A DNA stretch of 64,000 nt from Dudresnaya verticillata (taxonomy: Eukaryota). Positions 26,141 to 38,901 of this stretch are shown piece after piece. The position numbers were made by a program, and so were the translations under genes. Within the stretch, counting starts at the first letter, position 1. Each line of letters opens with the position of its first letter. The notes beneath the pieces were generated by a model, which saw only the letters and a list, made by a program, of their open reading frames with translations, had not been told where the DNA came from and ran no database searches. The stretch lies in the NCBI GenBank assembly GCA_977862235.1, contig OZ374564.1, positions 496,001-560,000 of the forward strand. Reading direction: 5' to 3'.

Positions 26141-27027
26141 GCTCGTAAAGGAATGGTCGACCTTCGTTCACCCTTGGTAGCTGAAACCGAGCGCAATAGT
26201 TCCAATAGCCCTTGGGAAAGGCTGCGATCCAGATAATGACGTTAAGGAGGTCGGGCGAGTACTCCAATTGCTTCAGCGCAGTTCTCGTCGTCATGGGTTG
26301 TCTGCACGTCCACTCCAAGCAATCGCCAGGTTTTGAGCACAGCCTGCTGCTGTCCTCAAGGCCGCCGCATGCACCACTCGCTCATACACATGTGCACTCA
26401 GAGGGAACCGAAAATTTCTTCTCCAAAAAAAGGAATCTGCAATTGTCGTGCCCATTGTCGTGCAGTTCGCCCTTTCAAACGATTCCGACGTTGGGATCTC
26501 GTTGAGGCGCGAGTCGCAAGTGGGAAGGCAAGAAATCGATACCGTACCCGTCACCACGCACAGATTAATACCCACGTTGAAGGCACCCTTCCGGGGGGAT
26601 CGCTCGGTTGGAGACAAAGATGATGTCAATATTTTGCTCAAGAACCGTGAACCACACAGGAGACGTTTCACATGCTTTGTCGGCTCGGCTCCATCGCGTC
26701 ATCCACGAGTGCCAGGTCAGCCAAGATAGGATACCAGGCGTGAGATCTTCCAAAGGACAGAGAGTGCTTGGTATCGGAAAGAAAAAAACTGTTTCGCGTA
26801 AAGTGCAGCCCATCGTTTTCGTGGGCAGCAGCACAAGTCGGGATTTCTTTATGGGCCTTCGAAATGGCTTTGTCTGATACAGACAATAGCTTAAACTCGG
26901 GCTCCTGAGCCTCGGAGTTGGCCATCTTCCCGGCTCATCCGGCCCGCTGTAATTTTCAAGCATAATACCTGCTGGAGTGTGTTCCCACACTATGCTGGGG
27001 TGGCATAGCTTCCGGTTTACTGCAGCA

Positions 27028-28380
27028 TCACATCCAACCTTTCCGTCGAAAGAAAACTATCTGGCCGGCCAATATCGCAGCAACTACGATCCAGAACACG
27101 ACATAAGACCACTGACCTGTAAGCTCAGGTTGGTTCTTGAAATTCATACCCTCAATCCCGGCCAAGAACGTAAGCGGAACAAACAGAGTTGTGACGACGG
27201 CCAATGTTTGCATGACTTCCTGCATACGGTTGTTCTGTGAAGCGAGGTGCAAGTCCAATAACGCATGGCCAACATCCCGGTAGCACTCGAGCACATCCAG
27301 TACCTGCATTGCTCGGTCAAGACTCTCCCGTACTCGTAATCGTGCATCTGCATTAATCAAACCGTCAGGGGCAACTGCTAGTCGAGTCAAGCATTCTCGC
27401 ATTGGCCAGATCTGTCTTCTAAGCAGACTTAGGTCGTGCTTTGTCCTATGGATATCTCGAAGAACCCGTCGAGAGCCTACAGGTTTCCTTTCCCGAACAC
27501 CACGGTCTCCATCGACACACAATCCATCGTCTCCTTCTCGTAGAACCTGGCTTTCGACAGCGTCCAACGTGGACCCTAACACTTCTAGCGCGGAAAAGTA
27601 CAATTCAAGTATGGCGTCAAGCATTATGCAAACCAGGTGAGAAACCGGTTCGGCACGGGCGCCACCAACGTTTGCTTCAAGTACAGCTAGTACGTTGGTT
27701 CTCCAATCTGTCGACTCAATGAATGAAACAATCAGACGGCGTTTGGGACACAACACCAGCGTGACCTGCGTGGGTAGCACTTCTGGGACATCGGAATGGA
27801 TGTTCACCAGGACTGGGGCATGCGCGACGATGCATACGCAGTTTGAAAAGAACTCAGTTTTCGCCCTAGTGAGTGGTACAGTGGCGTGGTCCAAGGCCCG
27901 GGGTGGAAGGCCCAGCCCTGCAAGAAACGAACGCACTTCAGCATCTGGATCCGGCGGCAACGAAAGCCAGCATGAAGTGGTCTTACTACCGAGAGCTGTT
28001 TGGACAATATCCAGCAAGTCACTTAGAGTTGCAGAGTGTCGCTGACGCAGTTCGGAAGTAGAATAAGTTACAACAGACATAGTACGTGCTGCTTCGGGCG
28101 TAGTTCCGCCATTTGGTGGAAGGTTTGGACTTGCCCGTGTGGTGAGCAGAGAGCGCAGCAAATGTGAGCGAGGTCGGGCTCGGGAGACCGGTGTTAGCGC
28201 TCGGCGCCGTGAAGGCTCGGCAGAGGGTAGCGTCGTGCCGTAGGCTGACTGTACGTTGTCCCCAAGTAATATGTGCTCCTCGTTGTCAACCGGTGAGGAT
28301 GTGTTCTGGTTTGACGTGCATTGAGGGCAAGTACACCGATGCGCACCGACGGGGGTATCCCACAAGATACCCGGCTCCAT
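27028..28380 (-). CDS. corA: CorA-family Mg2+/Co2+ transporter
   Basis: LRRQIWPMRE, NNRMQEVMQTLAVVTTLFVPLTFLAGIEGMNF (GMN motif), second transmembrane helix and basic tail RRKGWM. Confidence 0.95.
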   Translation of the reverse strand: MEPGILWDTPVGAHRCTCPQCTSNQNTSSPVDNEEHILLGDNVQSAYGTTLPSAEPSRRRALTPVSRARPRSHLLRSLLTTRASPNLPPNGGTTPEAARTMSVVTYSTSELRQRHSATLSDLLDIVQTALGSKTTSCWLSLPPDPDAEVRSFLAGLGLPPRALDHATVPLTRAKTEFFSNCVCIVAHAPVLVNIHSDVPEVLPTQVTLVLCPKRRLIVSFIESTDWRTNVLAVLEANVGGARAEPVSHLVCIMLDAILELYFSALEVLGSTLDAVESQVLREGDDGLCVDGDRGVRERKPVGSRRVLRDIHRTKHDLSLLRRQIWPMRECLTRLAVAPDGLINADARLRVRESLDRAMQVLDVLECYRDVGHALLDLHLASQNNRMQEVMQTLAVVTTLFVPLTFLAGIEGMNFKNQPELTGQWSYVVFWIVVAAILAGQIVFFRRKGWM

Positions 28381-29761
28381 AGAGGCAAATCTGTTCCTTC
28401 AGAAAAGGTGCCTTGATTGTTTGGAGCAGCAGTAAAGCATAGTTCGATGAGAAGATCGACGGGGACGCGGGGTGACGCGACATCCCAGCCATCAGCGCAT
28501 CACCACGCACGCTTTCCTGGGAAAGGCACTTCAAGAGATTCTGCCGCACGGCAAGTATTTTTAATAAATTCTGCGCGAAGAAGCAAATTGCTCCGATGCA
28601 AATGTACCGTTGGGTACCACAGTAGGCCTCCTGTAGATTCCGCGTATTCTGCGTTTGCGTTGATGCGTCTTGGAATACATGTACAGTATTCCTCGGTCCT
28701 GCACTTACACTCCTGCCGGAATCTGGTAGAAATGCATGCTCCTATTCCAGAAGTTCTTCGCTGTGCCACTGCAGTGCTTCCTTCCACATTCGTGCCTATG
28801 ACGTAGCCTTCCCCTGGAAAGTCCCAGATTTGAGAAAACGTGAAAGAGTACTGCATTCGACTGCGAAGAAAAGCACCCTGGTAGCAAAGCAAATGAGGCC
28901 TGAGCCAACAAAGCCAGATAACGCTATACTGGGACTATTTATCTGCAAAGAGATGTAAGGTTTCCGTATCTGCCGCTGCCGATGATGAGCTAAATGTGCT
29001 TCCTGCCGTTTGCTGCTCTGTAAACCTTCAATAAACCAATCCCAATTTAGCGCATTGACAGATACATTTCTCCGAAAGACACTACACGTATATCGTATTC
29101 GCATACATACCAAGTGATGTTGTCCCACCATAATCCTAATGGCTATGGGCGTGTGCCACTACTTTAAGGTTGGTGGAATGGTCATTGCCAGTTTATTTCT
29201 TTGTTCAACTATCACATAATCAGCTTCGTGAAACCAAAATAGTGCACATAGTCTGCTTCAAGAAGAGTCTGAACAGAGCCAGTCTCTTGTTATTAGAATA
29301 CGTCTTTGACCTGGACGTCATATGATGGCCCATATCTCATCGTCTACTTACAGTCCTCATGTAGCTGCAATTTGTGTCCATGTCCGAGAAGCTAGTGAAA
29401 GTACTGCGCTTCAGCAAAAGGCAACATCCGTACAGACAGGGGTCCCACCCGCATCCTTGGGAGTACTATGGTTCGAACAGCTGTTTTCGAGTTCTGTGGT
29501 ACCGTGTATACGGACATCAGATTCCATAGACCGCTATCATTCTGTATGAGCTGGGTTGTGACCAGTAAGTAGTTCAAGTATTGAATGCTGAGCTACTATT
29601 CTGACATAGTGATACAGATGCATTCATTTTTTGTGTCTTAACTTTCCGAAGCTGAACGCAATTATTAATCTTGTGCAGATACTCATCTTCAGTTTACTAT
29701 AATCCGGAAATGTGAGTGTGTGAATTGCAAGGGGCCTTTGGTTTTTCTATATAACTATGTT

Positions 29762-30346
29762 CTACGTCAGAATGTTGATGCAAGTGTATGTCTCAAATAC
29801 AGAAGCCAAGGTATCTAGAGAACCGCGAACTGCCCACAAGGGTGTGAATCTTTTCGACCCGGCGATGGGGCATCGACCTTCTACAAATTGTTGCACCAGA
29901 GCCTGCATTCTTCTTACCCATTGTTCAAATCGATTTGGCTGCAGTGAATATCGATAAACCCTATTGTTCACCTTTGCCCAACAGCCAGCCTTATCGATCG
30001 AACCGTCATTGTTTTGAGAGAACGATACCTGCAAGTATGTCGGAACTCTACCCCATCCATCAAAAAATGCATTCTCAGTATATTTTCCTTTTCGTCCGAA
30101 TACTTCGTGAACAATGGAATGCGGATAGACTGAAATCTTGCTGCCAGTTGCTTTCCGACCGCCTGTGCCACATTCAAGAGGGTTAAGCGCTGGCCTTGTC
30201 TTGGTTCGATCTGGGTTGAATGTATCCTCATAGAAGAAGCGTGGGAAAAGTGCTTGTGAACGGCAACCCTCAGGTATGGCGAATGTTGGAACAAGCAACA
30301 GCAATGTGCAATTAAGCACCAGAGTAAGTGAAAAGATGCTCTTCAT
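29762..30346 (-). CDS. Hypothetical secreted protein
   Basis: ATG at 30346 starts MKSIFSLTLVLNCTLLLLVPTFA (signal peptide-like); TATATAA on the minus strand near 30519-30525; several Cys. Confidence 0.6.
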   Translation of the reverse strand: MKSIFSLTLVLNCTLLLLVPTFAIPEGCRSQALFPRFFYEDTFNPDRTKTRPALNPLECGTGGRKATGSKISVYPHSIVHEVFGRKGKYTENAFFDGWGRVPTYLQVSFSQNNDGSIDKAGCWAKVNNRVYRYSLQPNRFEQWVRRMQALVQQFVEGRCPIAGSKRFTPLWAVRGSLDTLASVFETYTCINILT

Positions 30347-32088
30347 TTGGTTGAGATTATCACAAATATTGTTCAGTGGAGAGACGAGAACGATAGTCAA
30401 GATGAGCTTGCCTTTCAGAAATGCTGTTCAGAGGGGAGATGAGGACGGTACTTAAGATGAGCTTGCAATTTGGTGAAGGAGTCTGCAAGTTTTTAAGTTT
30501 CTTCCTTCGCGTTGGTTCTTATATAGCTTGCAAGTGAGAGCCAAAAAGCTTAGGGAAGATTTTTTCTTTGGAATCACTTAGCGCCAGCGTCAGGCATATT
30601 CACAAATTGATCTGACGAAGAGCACAGAGTGGAAGCTGAATGATACATCGACAGGGCAGAGATGAGGATCCATGTGGAGGTCGAAAGGTTGACTATTGTG
30701 TGAAAAGTTCTCCCTGACAGCAAGTCCGCCAATACAACAACACGGCCGCAAAGGATTTCTAAAGCGAGCTTCAGGGTCTTCCACCTCAAGATATTCGGAA
30801 TCACAGCAGTCAGATCGGATAATGAAGTGAATTCCAGGCAGCACTGAACCGTATTTGTGGTTGCAGGGAGCAACGGAGCAACATTATGGTAGTCGTGGAA
30901 ACTCTCAGTTGCTAGAGGAGCGAAGTGGTTCTGGATGCAACCTGTAAACAGCAGGGGATTGTGGTACAACCTATGTTGTTCAGGGAGAGGAGGGCTGCCT
31001 ACTAACAAAAGCGGTTCTGTAATCGTACAGATTAAAGTTCATGGTTAGCCTATCTAGGCCAGGCTTTTGTCGACACAGTCGGACTCAGCACATAACCGTG
31101 TACGAGAGTGGGCACCGATCTTTCTCCTGTCAGTGTGCATCCTGTATCAGAAGCAGTTGTAGGCATCAAGAAGGCCCCGACCAGAGCCAAGAGAGATTAT
31201 ATCTATAAGAAACAGTTGCTCCAGCGGTCGACAAGCCAAAGTCTCATTGGACAGAGAGTCCAAGGATAACAATGGGACATGCATTGCATGAAAAAAGCTA
31301 CGGTGTAGTATGTTATAATGTTCTTCTTGGAGATTGACGGGAAGTGTGAATCGGTTATACGAGAAGATTCCTCTCCGGCGCAGGTATTGTGTATGGATGG
31401 GGTCATAGAACAATGATTGCGCAACTTCAGCGTCAACAGCTCTTTGTCGCCTAGTCAGGTCAAGCACAAGCGAGCACAGAGCCTTGGACCCCTCACTGCG
31501 GCTGCCTGTTTCTGCTGTGCTGTTTTTTCTTGCCATACGTTTGTAGCTATCTGGCGGTGAGAGGGAACTCCTGTACACTCCGCAGACTAAAGCAACGCCA
31601 GCTTCGCTGTTGATCCGCGGAGCTCTGAGCCGGCGGTGCGAGAAATTATGGTACAGTTAAACGATGCATGGCACTGAACTGACCTTCGACCTCCCCAATA
31701 CGGTTCCCCTTCTCTCGCACTGAAGCGCGAGAGAGAATAGGTGTTACGCCTAGCGCTCGCACCTGTTCGGGAGCACTCCCTACAATGGGATCCCCACTCA
31801 CGACCGCAGCCCTGCACGTTAACTCCCTACAATGGGCGCCTGCCGGGGAACTGCTTGCCGACAACCGCAAACCCCAGAGCCGAACATGGTCAGCGCGCAC
31901 GGACCAGGTGAACCTGCACAAGGCAGAACTGCAAGTCTGACGATGCGCATTTGCGACCCTCCGGACAAGCCTCTACATTTTATTTGCTAACACTCACAGC
32001 CCCGTGACATGGTTGCGGTGCAAGGGGTGGGTTCGCACTTTTCCGTTCTGCGAGCATCTCTAAATCGAAATTCGTGTATGTGTGTGCT

Positions 32089-32285
<197 letters not shown>

Positions 32286-32368
32286 CTCTCTGTTGGTTCT
32301 CTTTCTCTTCGCTCTTGGCGCTTTCTTGTCCTCTTTGTCCGAAGTTCTCGGGCGCTTCTGTTTCCGAC

Positions 32369-33577
32369 ATGCCCGATTCCGCCAGAAACCCTCGTGCCCC
32401 CTCCACATCTACGCATCCGGACTCTAAGTCTGCTACATTCACCGCCCTCACACATGCAGCCATTGATTTCCTCAGCTTAAGTGCCCCCTTGTTGGCGACC
32501 GTCGATCTCGCTAACGACACCGCGATAGCTCAGTTCGCTGCTAGCCTGACGCAGTTGCCAGCTGTTCAAGGTTTACTTCCGCTGTTTCGCCGGGGAACCC
32601 AGTTCGGCGGTGTCATTCGCCTCTTATCGATTATCTCCGACCCTTCCGCCCATGTTATCTCTCCCGCCGCTGCTCCCGCCGCCTCTTCCCCAGATTCGCC
32701 TCGACCCTATCTCGCCGCCCTTTCCACTCACCTGCCCAAACGTCCTGTCGGCCAGCTTCCTATGCTTGGACGTCATGGAAATCAAGCTCCCACACATCCG
32801 TCTCAACAGCCTATCTCTCGTCGCCTGGAGAGTAATGTCCGCCGCATTAACCGCACCCTCGTCGGCTCACACGCTAAACGCTTTGTTAAGGTTTCTACTG
32901 CCGCCAACGCTAGTCCTTTCGACTCCCCCGCTCACTTCCGCTCTGCCCTGAAAGTTGGGGGCTTTCCTGGCCCTTGTTCAATCATCACCACGGATAGTGC
33001 ACGAGATTTCTATCTTTGTGCGGGGGCCGCAGACCTTCCTCATGTTGCTCCCGCGTATACTACATTTCGGGACTACGCGAAGGATGCTGATGCTGTTGTT
33101 GTCCCGACCATTTCGGTGTCGCCGGTCCTCGATTTGGCTATCTCCGTGACTGATTTAGACGATATCGCAGCCATTACTACCTCTCTCCGCACCGAAATCA
33201 CCCGACTTGAAGCCCCTGATTGTTCTTGGCGCCCTGCTCCCTTCTTCTCCGAAGCACTGCGCCATGTCGAAAGCTCTCTCTTTGCTAAGCTCGTCACGGC
33301 TGGTCGGGCGCAACAGGATCATGCGTTCCCGCTTCGCGAGATTCCACTCGCCGCCAAGCGACGTCGGTACGGGTTACCCCGATCTCGTCCTTCTGGAGAT
33401 CCTGTCCTCGATTGAGATGGGTTCCAGCTGGTTCGTCGCTCGAATCGTGATTCTGTAGATGCTCCGGCCTTGGTTCCTTGCCGTCCTGCAATCTCGTCCC
33501 GTTCGGCCTCCAATGACTGTCCTGGAGACATCCCCATGGACACAGCACCTGAACCCGTTCTTTCCAGCCACCAATGA
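32369..33577 (+). pseudogene. LINE ORF1 of unknown function, with one internal stop
   Basis: ATG 32369, TGA 33413-33415; the same frame stays open for 53 more codons to TGA 33575-33577. Confidence 0.55.
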
Positions 33578-36461
33578 CCTTTCCCACTGTGGGTGCTTGT
33601 CCTCCTCTGGTTGCTATTTGTGATACCCATATTCCTACTCTGACATACATCCCCAACTCTTTACGATTACCTGTAATCGATCTCTATTACTACCTGTTAC
33701 ATTCATTTAATTCTGCAAACACTTCTCTTCTCCAATACCAGGCATTTGAGCGTCTTCTTGCCACTCCGAAGTTGGTACTCCGCAAAAATGGTCGGTACGA
33801 GCCTCGCAACCGCAACAACCGCTCCTTGCACAACATTATTCGCCACCGAGTCCATCTGGCCATGCGCGGTGAATGGACTGAGTTATATTCTGAAGCTCAA
33901 GTTGCACATCTACGTTCACGCCTGCCAACAGCACACCTTCCTTCCTTTGCGGAGCTTCGCTTGAGACGCTGTCGTAATGCGTTCAGGGATGGCTCCTTAT
34001 CTAAAGCCTGTGCGATTCTCACCGAGGATTCGGTTCCTGCTCAACCCGCAGCACTCAACGCCCGTCTGCTTCAAGATTTACATCCCGCTCCGAAACGCCC
34101 TGTTGTTCCTCTTGATTCCATTCAGCTCCCCCCTGCGCTTCAATTTGAAGAGGCTGAAGTTCGCAAGGGTTTACTATCCATGCCAAGAGCCTCTTGTCCT
34201 GGCCGTGATGGCCTTCGTCCCGCTGTCTTCAAAATCCTAGCTTCTACGCCGGGTGGTTCCGATCCGTCGCGGTCTGTGCTGGCAGAGCTAACGTTGTTTG
34301 TTAACCATGCCGTCAATGGGCACTTGCCAGCAGCTTGTCATTCATTTCTAGCTGGTGGCACTCTCATCGGCCTCCCTAAGGTTAACAACTCTCGGTTGCG
34401 TCCTATAGCCGTTTCAGTGCTTCTTAGGCGTTTTATCAGTCGAAAAATCGCCTTTAAGGTTACTCGTGATCCTGTATTGCAGTCCTAACTCTTCCCTCTT
34501 CAACTTTCTGTAGGTGTTTCAGGGGGTGCAGAAGCGATCATACATGCTTCACGCTATTTAGCGACTCGACTACGTGATTTAGACATGGTACTCGTGAGCG
34601 TGGATGCTGCGAATGCATTTAATGCCATCGAGCGAAGCTTGATACTCTCAGAAGTGGTACTGCATTGCCCGGGTCTGGCAAATTGGATCCATTTTATATA
34701 CGGCCGTGGCTCCGTACTACACTTTGGATCATTCCTTGTACATAGTCGATCTGGCACTCATCAGGGTGATCCACTTAGCCCTCTATTGTTTGCATTGGTC
34801 CTGCAACCTCTCTTGTGTCTCCTTCGTACCCGTTTCTCTATGCCTTTGCAGGTATTCTTCGCCGATGATGGAACTCTCCTCCTGCCTCGCAGTATGCTCG
34901 GTTCAGTTCTTTCTTTCCTCGCAACGGAAGGATCTAAGATTGGGTTCCATCTCAATCTTTCCAAAACCACTGCTTGGTGGTGGCGCCGTCCCTCTGGAAT
35001 CCCTGTCACTACTAACGGGTGCCATGTTACTATATCTCACGATGATGCTCTAACTGTGCTCGGCTCTCCTATCGGACACTCTGCTGGTTGCCAAGCCCAG
35101 TTTCATTCCCGACGGGTCAGGGAAACACGTCTATTGGAAGCGCTTCCAACTCTAAATGACCCACAAATGGCCTATCATCTCTTGCGCTATTGCTCCGGTG
35201 CTTGCAAGCTGATCTATACCTTACGAACTGCCCCGCCGCATCTAACATTTCCTGAGGCCGATCTATTCGACCAAGGGCAGCGAAGGGCATTCGAACGTAT
35301 TCATCACTCGCTTCCTGACGATTCCTGGACTTGTGCGACACTCCCGCTTGAATATGGCGGGCTTGGCCTCACCTCTACTACCACGCTTGTCGAACTTTCC
35401 TATACCAGTTCTGTAATGGGGGTTTGGGATTTGTTCACTACTTTGATCTCGCCTACCCTTTCCATGTTCTCTCGCACCGACTCACGGCCGCGGAGTTTGG
35501 CTCGAACCTGTAATGCCCTGTGTACTCGGTTCGGATTATCTAGCGATTATCACTTTTCAACTCTCCTCTCTCGCACCCAAAAGCGAGGTTACATCCCCCA
35601 CTTGCAAGAAGAACTCTCCGCGAAGGTTCACGCTCGTTTGGTGGATAATTACTGGCCCTCCATCCGTTCGACTCAGAGAGAAGATCGTGTGAAAAGGGCC
35701 CGACTTCTCTCCTGTGGTAGTTTGGAATCTCGAATGGCCTTTACCGCATTCCCCGATCCACGCCGAGGCACCTCTGTGTCACCTGCTATATGGGCTACCA
35801 TGATCGACTTGCGTTTGGGCGCACCTGTATTTGCGCCAGATCTCCCTTGTTCTGCGTGTCTATCCGTTTCTGGTCGCGTGGTTTCCCTTGACCGTTTGGG
35901 GTATCATGCTTCGACATGTCCCTGTGCCCATGGGTCCACTCGTCGTCACAATTCTATTAGGGATCTCCTTTTTCTCGTCTCCGTCACCCGTCTATCGGGC
36001 TTTCTGTCACGAGAGAGCAGTCCTTTCATCTACAGGACGATCTTCGACGATTGGACTTGGTGTTGGATGATCCCGCCTTTTCTGATTCATGCATTGGTTA
36101 TGACCTTACTATTGTGACTCCCTCTACTGCTCGCGCTGTATCCAAGGCATCTGAAATTCCTGCAGGGGCCGCCCAAGTCGCTGAACGGGACAAGCATCGC
36201 AAGTATCGCACTGCTTGTGCAGCACATTGTATTACGTTTCAGCCGCTGGGATTCGACATTCACGGAGGCATTGGCCCCGAATGCCGTAGCGCGCTTCAAA
36301 AGCTCGCTTCTTTCCTGGCCACGCGCCGGGGAACAAATCCTACTACTGAATACCATTCGTTAGTTTCACCACTGGTTTCCCGCATTCTCCAGCTCACCGC
36401 CCTCGCCGTGAATCGTCGACGTCCCGTTAGTCCAGGCCTTCCAGTAGTCATCAGCGGCTAA
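33574..36461 (+). pseudogene. LINE ORF2: reverse transcriptase, zinc knuckle and REL endonuclease
   Basis: PGRDG, LRPIAV, QLSVGVSGGAEAIIH, DAANAFN, HQGDPLSPLLF, FADDG, LGSPIG, GGLGL, CSAC...HASTC, RRHN, LDL...GYD...AERDKHRKY. In-frame TAA at 34486-34488 and a frameshift in the T-run near 35970. Confidence 0.92.
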
Positions 36462-37077
36462 GTCATTAGGGTTTCCGCTGTTCGTCTTGCTTCAATAAAG
36501 TTGTGATGATGATGATGAGCATCTCTAGCGCGCAATGAAAAATCAAAGAGATACAATAATAGAGATAATAATATTATTTATTATTATTATTTTTACGCAA
36601 TAACGAAACTCGATAATTCAATCAAGGTTGGCGAGGGTTCAGAACAGCTGTCCTCGAATAACGAGATTTGCGTCTGGTGCCTTCTGAAATATATGCTATT
36701 CCGCGGATATAACGAATGCAAAATTTTCTAGCATGAGAGGGGGCGTCGAGATCTGCGTCGAGGCAGATGTAGTAGAATGGCCCTCGGCCAAGTAGTCGGC
36801 GATAAAACGGCGCGACAGCTGTCCTGGGGACAAACACTCACGGTGGGCGGTAGCTCAAAGGAAAAGGGAAAAGGGGTGTGGTAGAGACTTGTAATGGGTG
36901 TAATACCCAGGAACAAAGGAAAGGGAAGGCGAACCCTACAGCGTAGAGCAACCGTCGTAAAAGATAGGGCTTGTAGACGCCCAAGGCAAGGGAACAACGG
37001 TGGCAATGTAGGAAGACCAGAAAATCGGTACAGCCCAAAGCACACACGGCTGCCAGTTTAGTGCGGGGCCGCTGCTA

Positions 37078-38163
37078 CTCAGGGGCCCAATAAATACGGC
37101 GAGAAGCCGGAAATGCTACCAACTCTAAGTTAGAGTAATAATAGTGACAGTTACCTAATACTGTACACTAATGGTGGATTACAATCCAATGATATGAATG
37201 AGGGATAGTAACACTACGAGGTACAGGCGCACTGCTGTCTGGCGCGCAATGCCGAACATATGGGCGACCATGATTACTCAACCAATGGGACTCGGCCATC
37301 TCAACCATCGCACTCACGGGCGCCTCAGATCTTACAGGCGTCGTCTGCACCCATGTGTGTTCACAGCGGTCGGGCGCTCAATATTACACACGGCCCCCTT
37401 CTTAAAACTGAGCGACCCCGCTCAGTACAGCAACGCTGCTTCCAACGGTTCCGACCGTTGAGATATGAAATCTCGCCGAAACTATTGGCCCAGCCATGCG
37501 CGATGTTTCCGAAGTTATAGAAGCATCCGCCAACGTTCGCCGGCGCTTGCGCCAGATCAGCCTGGCAAGAGCTGTCGCCGGTGGCCCGCTTTTGGCGCCA
37601 AGACTTGTATCGACAACTCGACACGCCAGACGAGCGTCTATTTAAACCTCGGCGCAGAGCCGACTGTGTTCCTTTCGCGCTCTCGGTCATGCACCGCCTC
37701 GACTCGCAACCCCCACACTCCTGAGAGTCTGTCCTCTTCTGTCATCTCAGTTCCGACTCCCCTTCACCCTGTAATGCAACGGCAAGGGGGCCACTGAATG
37801 GAAGCAACATGTGGAATAATGAGCGCCCGAGCGCTGTAAGCACACACGTGTACAGACGACGCCTGTAAGGCCTGCGGCGCCCGAGGGTGCGATGGTTGAG
37901 ATGGCCGAGTCCCATTGGTTGATTAATCATAGCCACCTATATTCTGGCATTGCGCGCCAGACAGCCAGCGCGCCTGTACCTATTTTTGGCATTGCGCGCC
38001 AGAGAGCAGCGCGCCGGTACCTCGTAGTGGTACTACGACTCATTCCTATCATTGGATTATAATCCACCCTTAGTGTACAGTATTAGATAACTGTCAGTAT
38101 TATAACTCGAACTTAAAGTGGGTAGCATTTCCGGCTTCCCGCCGTATTTATTGGGCCCCTGAG
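37078..38163. mobile_element. Non-autonomous MITE-like DNA transposon with long imperfect TIRs
   Basis: Arms at about 37078-37390 and 37811-38163 are reverse complements; termini CTCAGGGGCCCAATAAATACGGC; TA on both sides (37076-77, 38164-65); no coding capacity. Confidence 0.85.
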
Positions 38164-38172
38164 TAGCAGGGG

Positions 38173-38421
38173 TGTAGTGCACTGGCACTCGCCCCATTCG
38201 CCTGATCCAATTCCGGATCCTTTGCCTTACAGGCGCGCTTTACAGGCGCATCGTTGCCGACTGACTGACAGCACAGTCTACAGTAAGCACGAGCAGGCCC
38301 ATTCAGCTCTCCACTCTAGATCTCCATCGAGCTCTAGCGCTTACAGCCTACAGTAGTGTAGGTGCGTCTGCCGGTGCCGCCGCGCCGGCGGCGATAGTAC
38401 TTAGCCACCTAGGGCTTCACA
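38173..38421 (+). repeat. Candidate 5' LTR followed by a PBS-like sequence
   Basis: Starts TGTAG, ends TTCACA, followed after 2 nt by TGGTAAACAGAGG. The partner LTR is not in the window, so boundaries are unconfirmed. Confidence 0.55.
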
Positions 38422-38901
38422 TCTGGTAAACAGAGGGGCATCAACCCTCGGGCCTAACACTTCGGTGCCAAGCTTGGAGTCGCGCCGAACCCGAGTAGCC
38501 TCACGCCTAGGACATCGGTGCCGACCGAGTCCACGTGAGCCTATCTGCTCGTGGACCTACGTGAACGCAGATCGACACCCGTTTACCAGTTCTACCGCGA
38601 GCTAGGTACGCTAACGCTAACCTATCTCTACTGTCTACCTTTTCCCTTTTCCTTTACCTTTTCCCTTTCCCTTTGGGTCCCTGCACCCTATCCTTTGCAG
38701 GGTGGTCTTCCGCACCGCGCCCGGACTGCGCGGGTGGCCTTACGATCAGGCCTTGCTTGTCCCTCCATCGGGACCTGTTTTGGTGGATTGTGAGTGCTCC
38801 ACACTTATTTGGTCTCCCGACCTAGAACGGGTCGAACCGATCTTTGCTCAGACTGTAAGAGCTTCGCTTTGCGTGGATACACACGCCTTCAAACCCTTGC
38901 C

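Noticed and set aside
36620..37060. Purine-rich tracts resembling an inverted LTR-element leader
   Set aside because: Compositional similarity only; no LTR or coding evidence.
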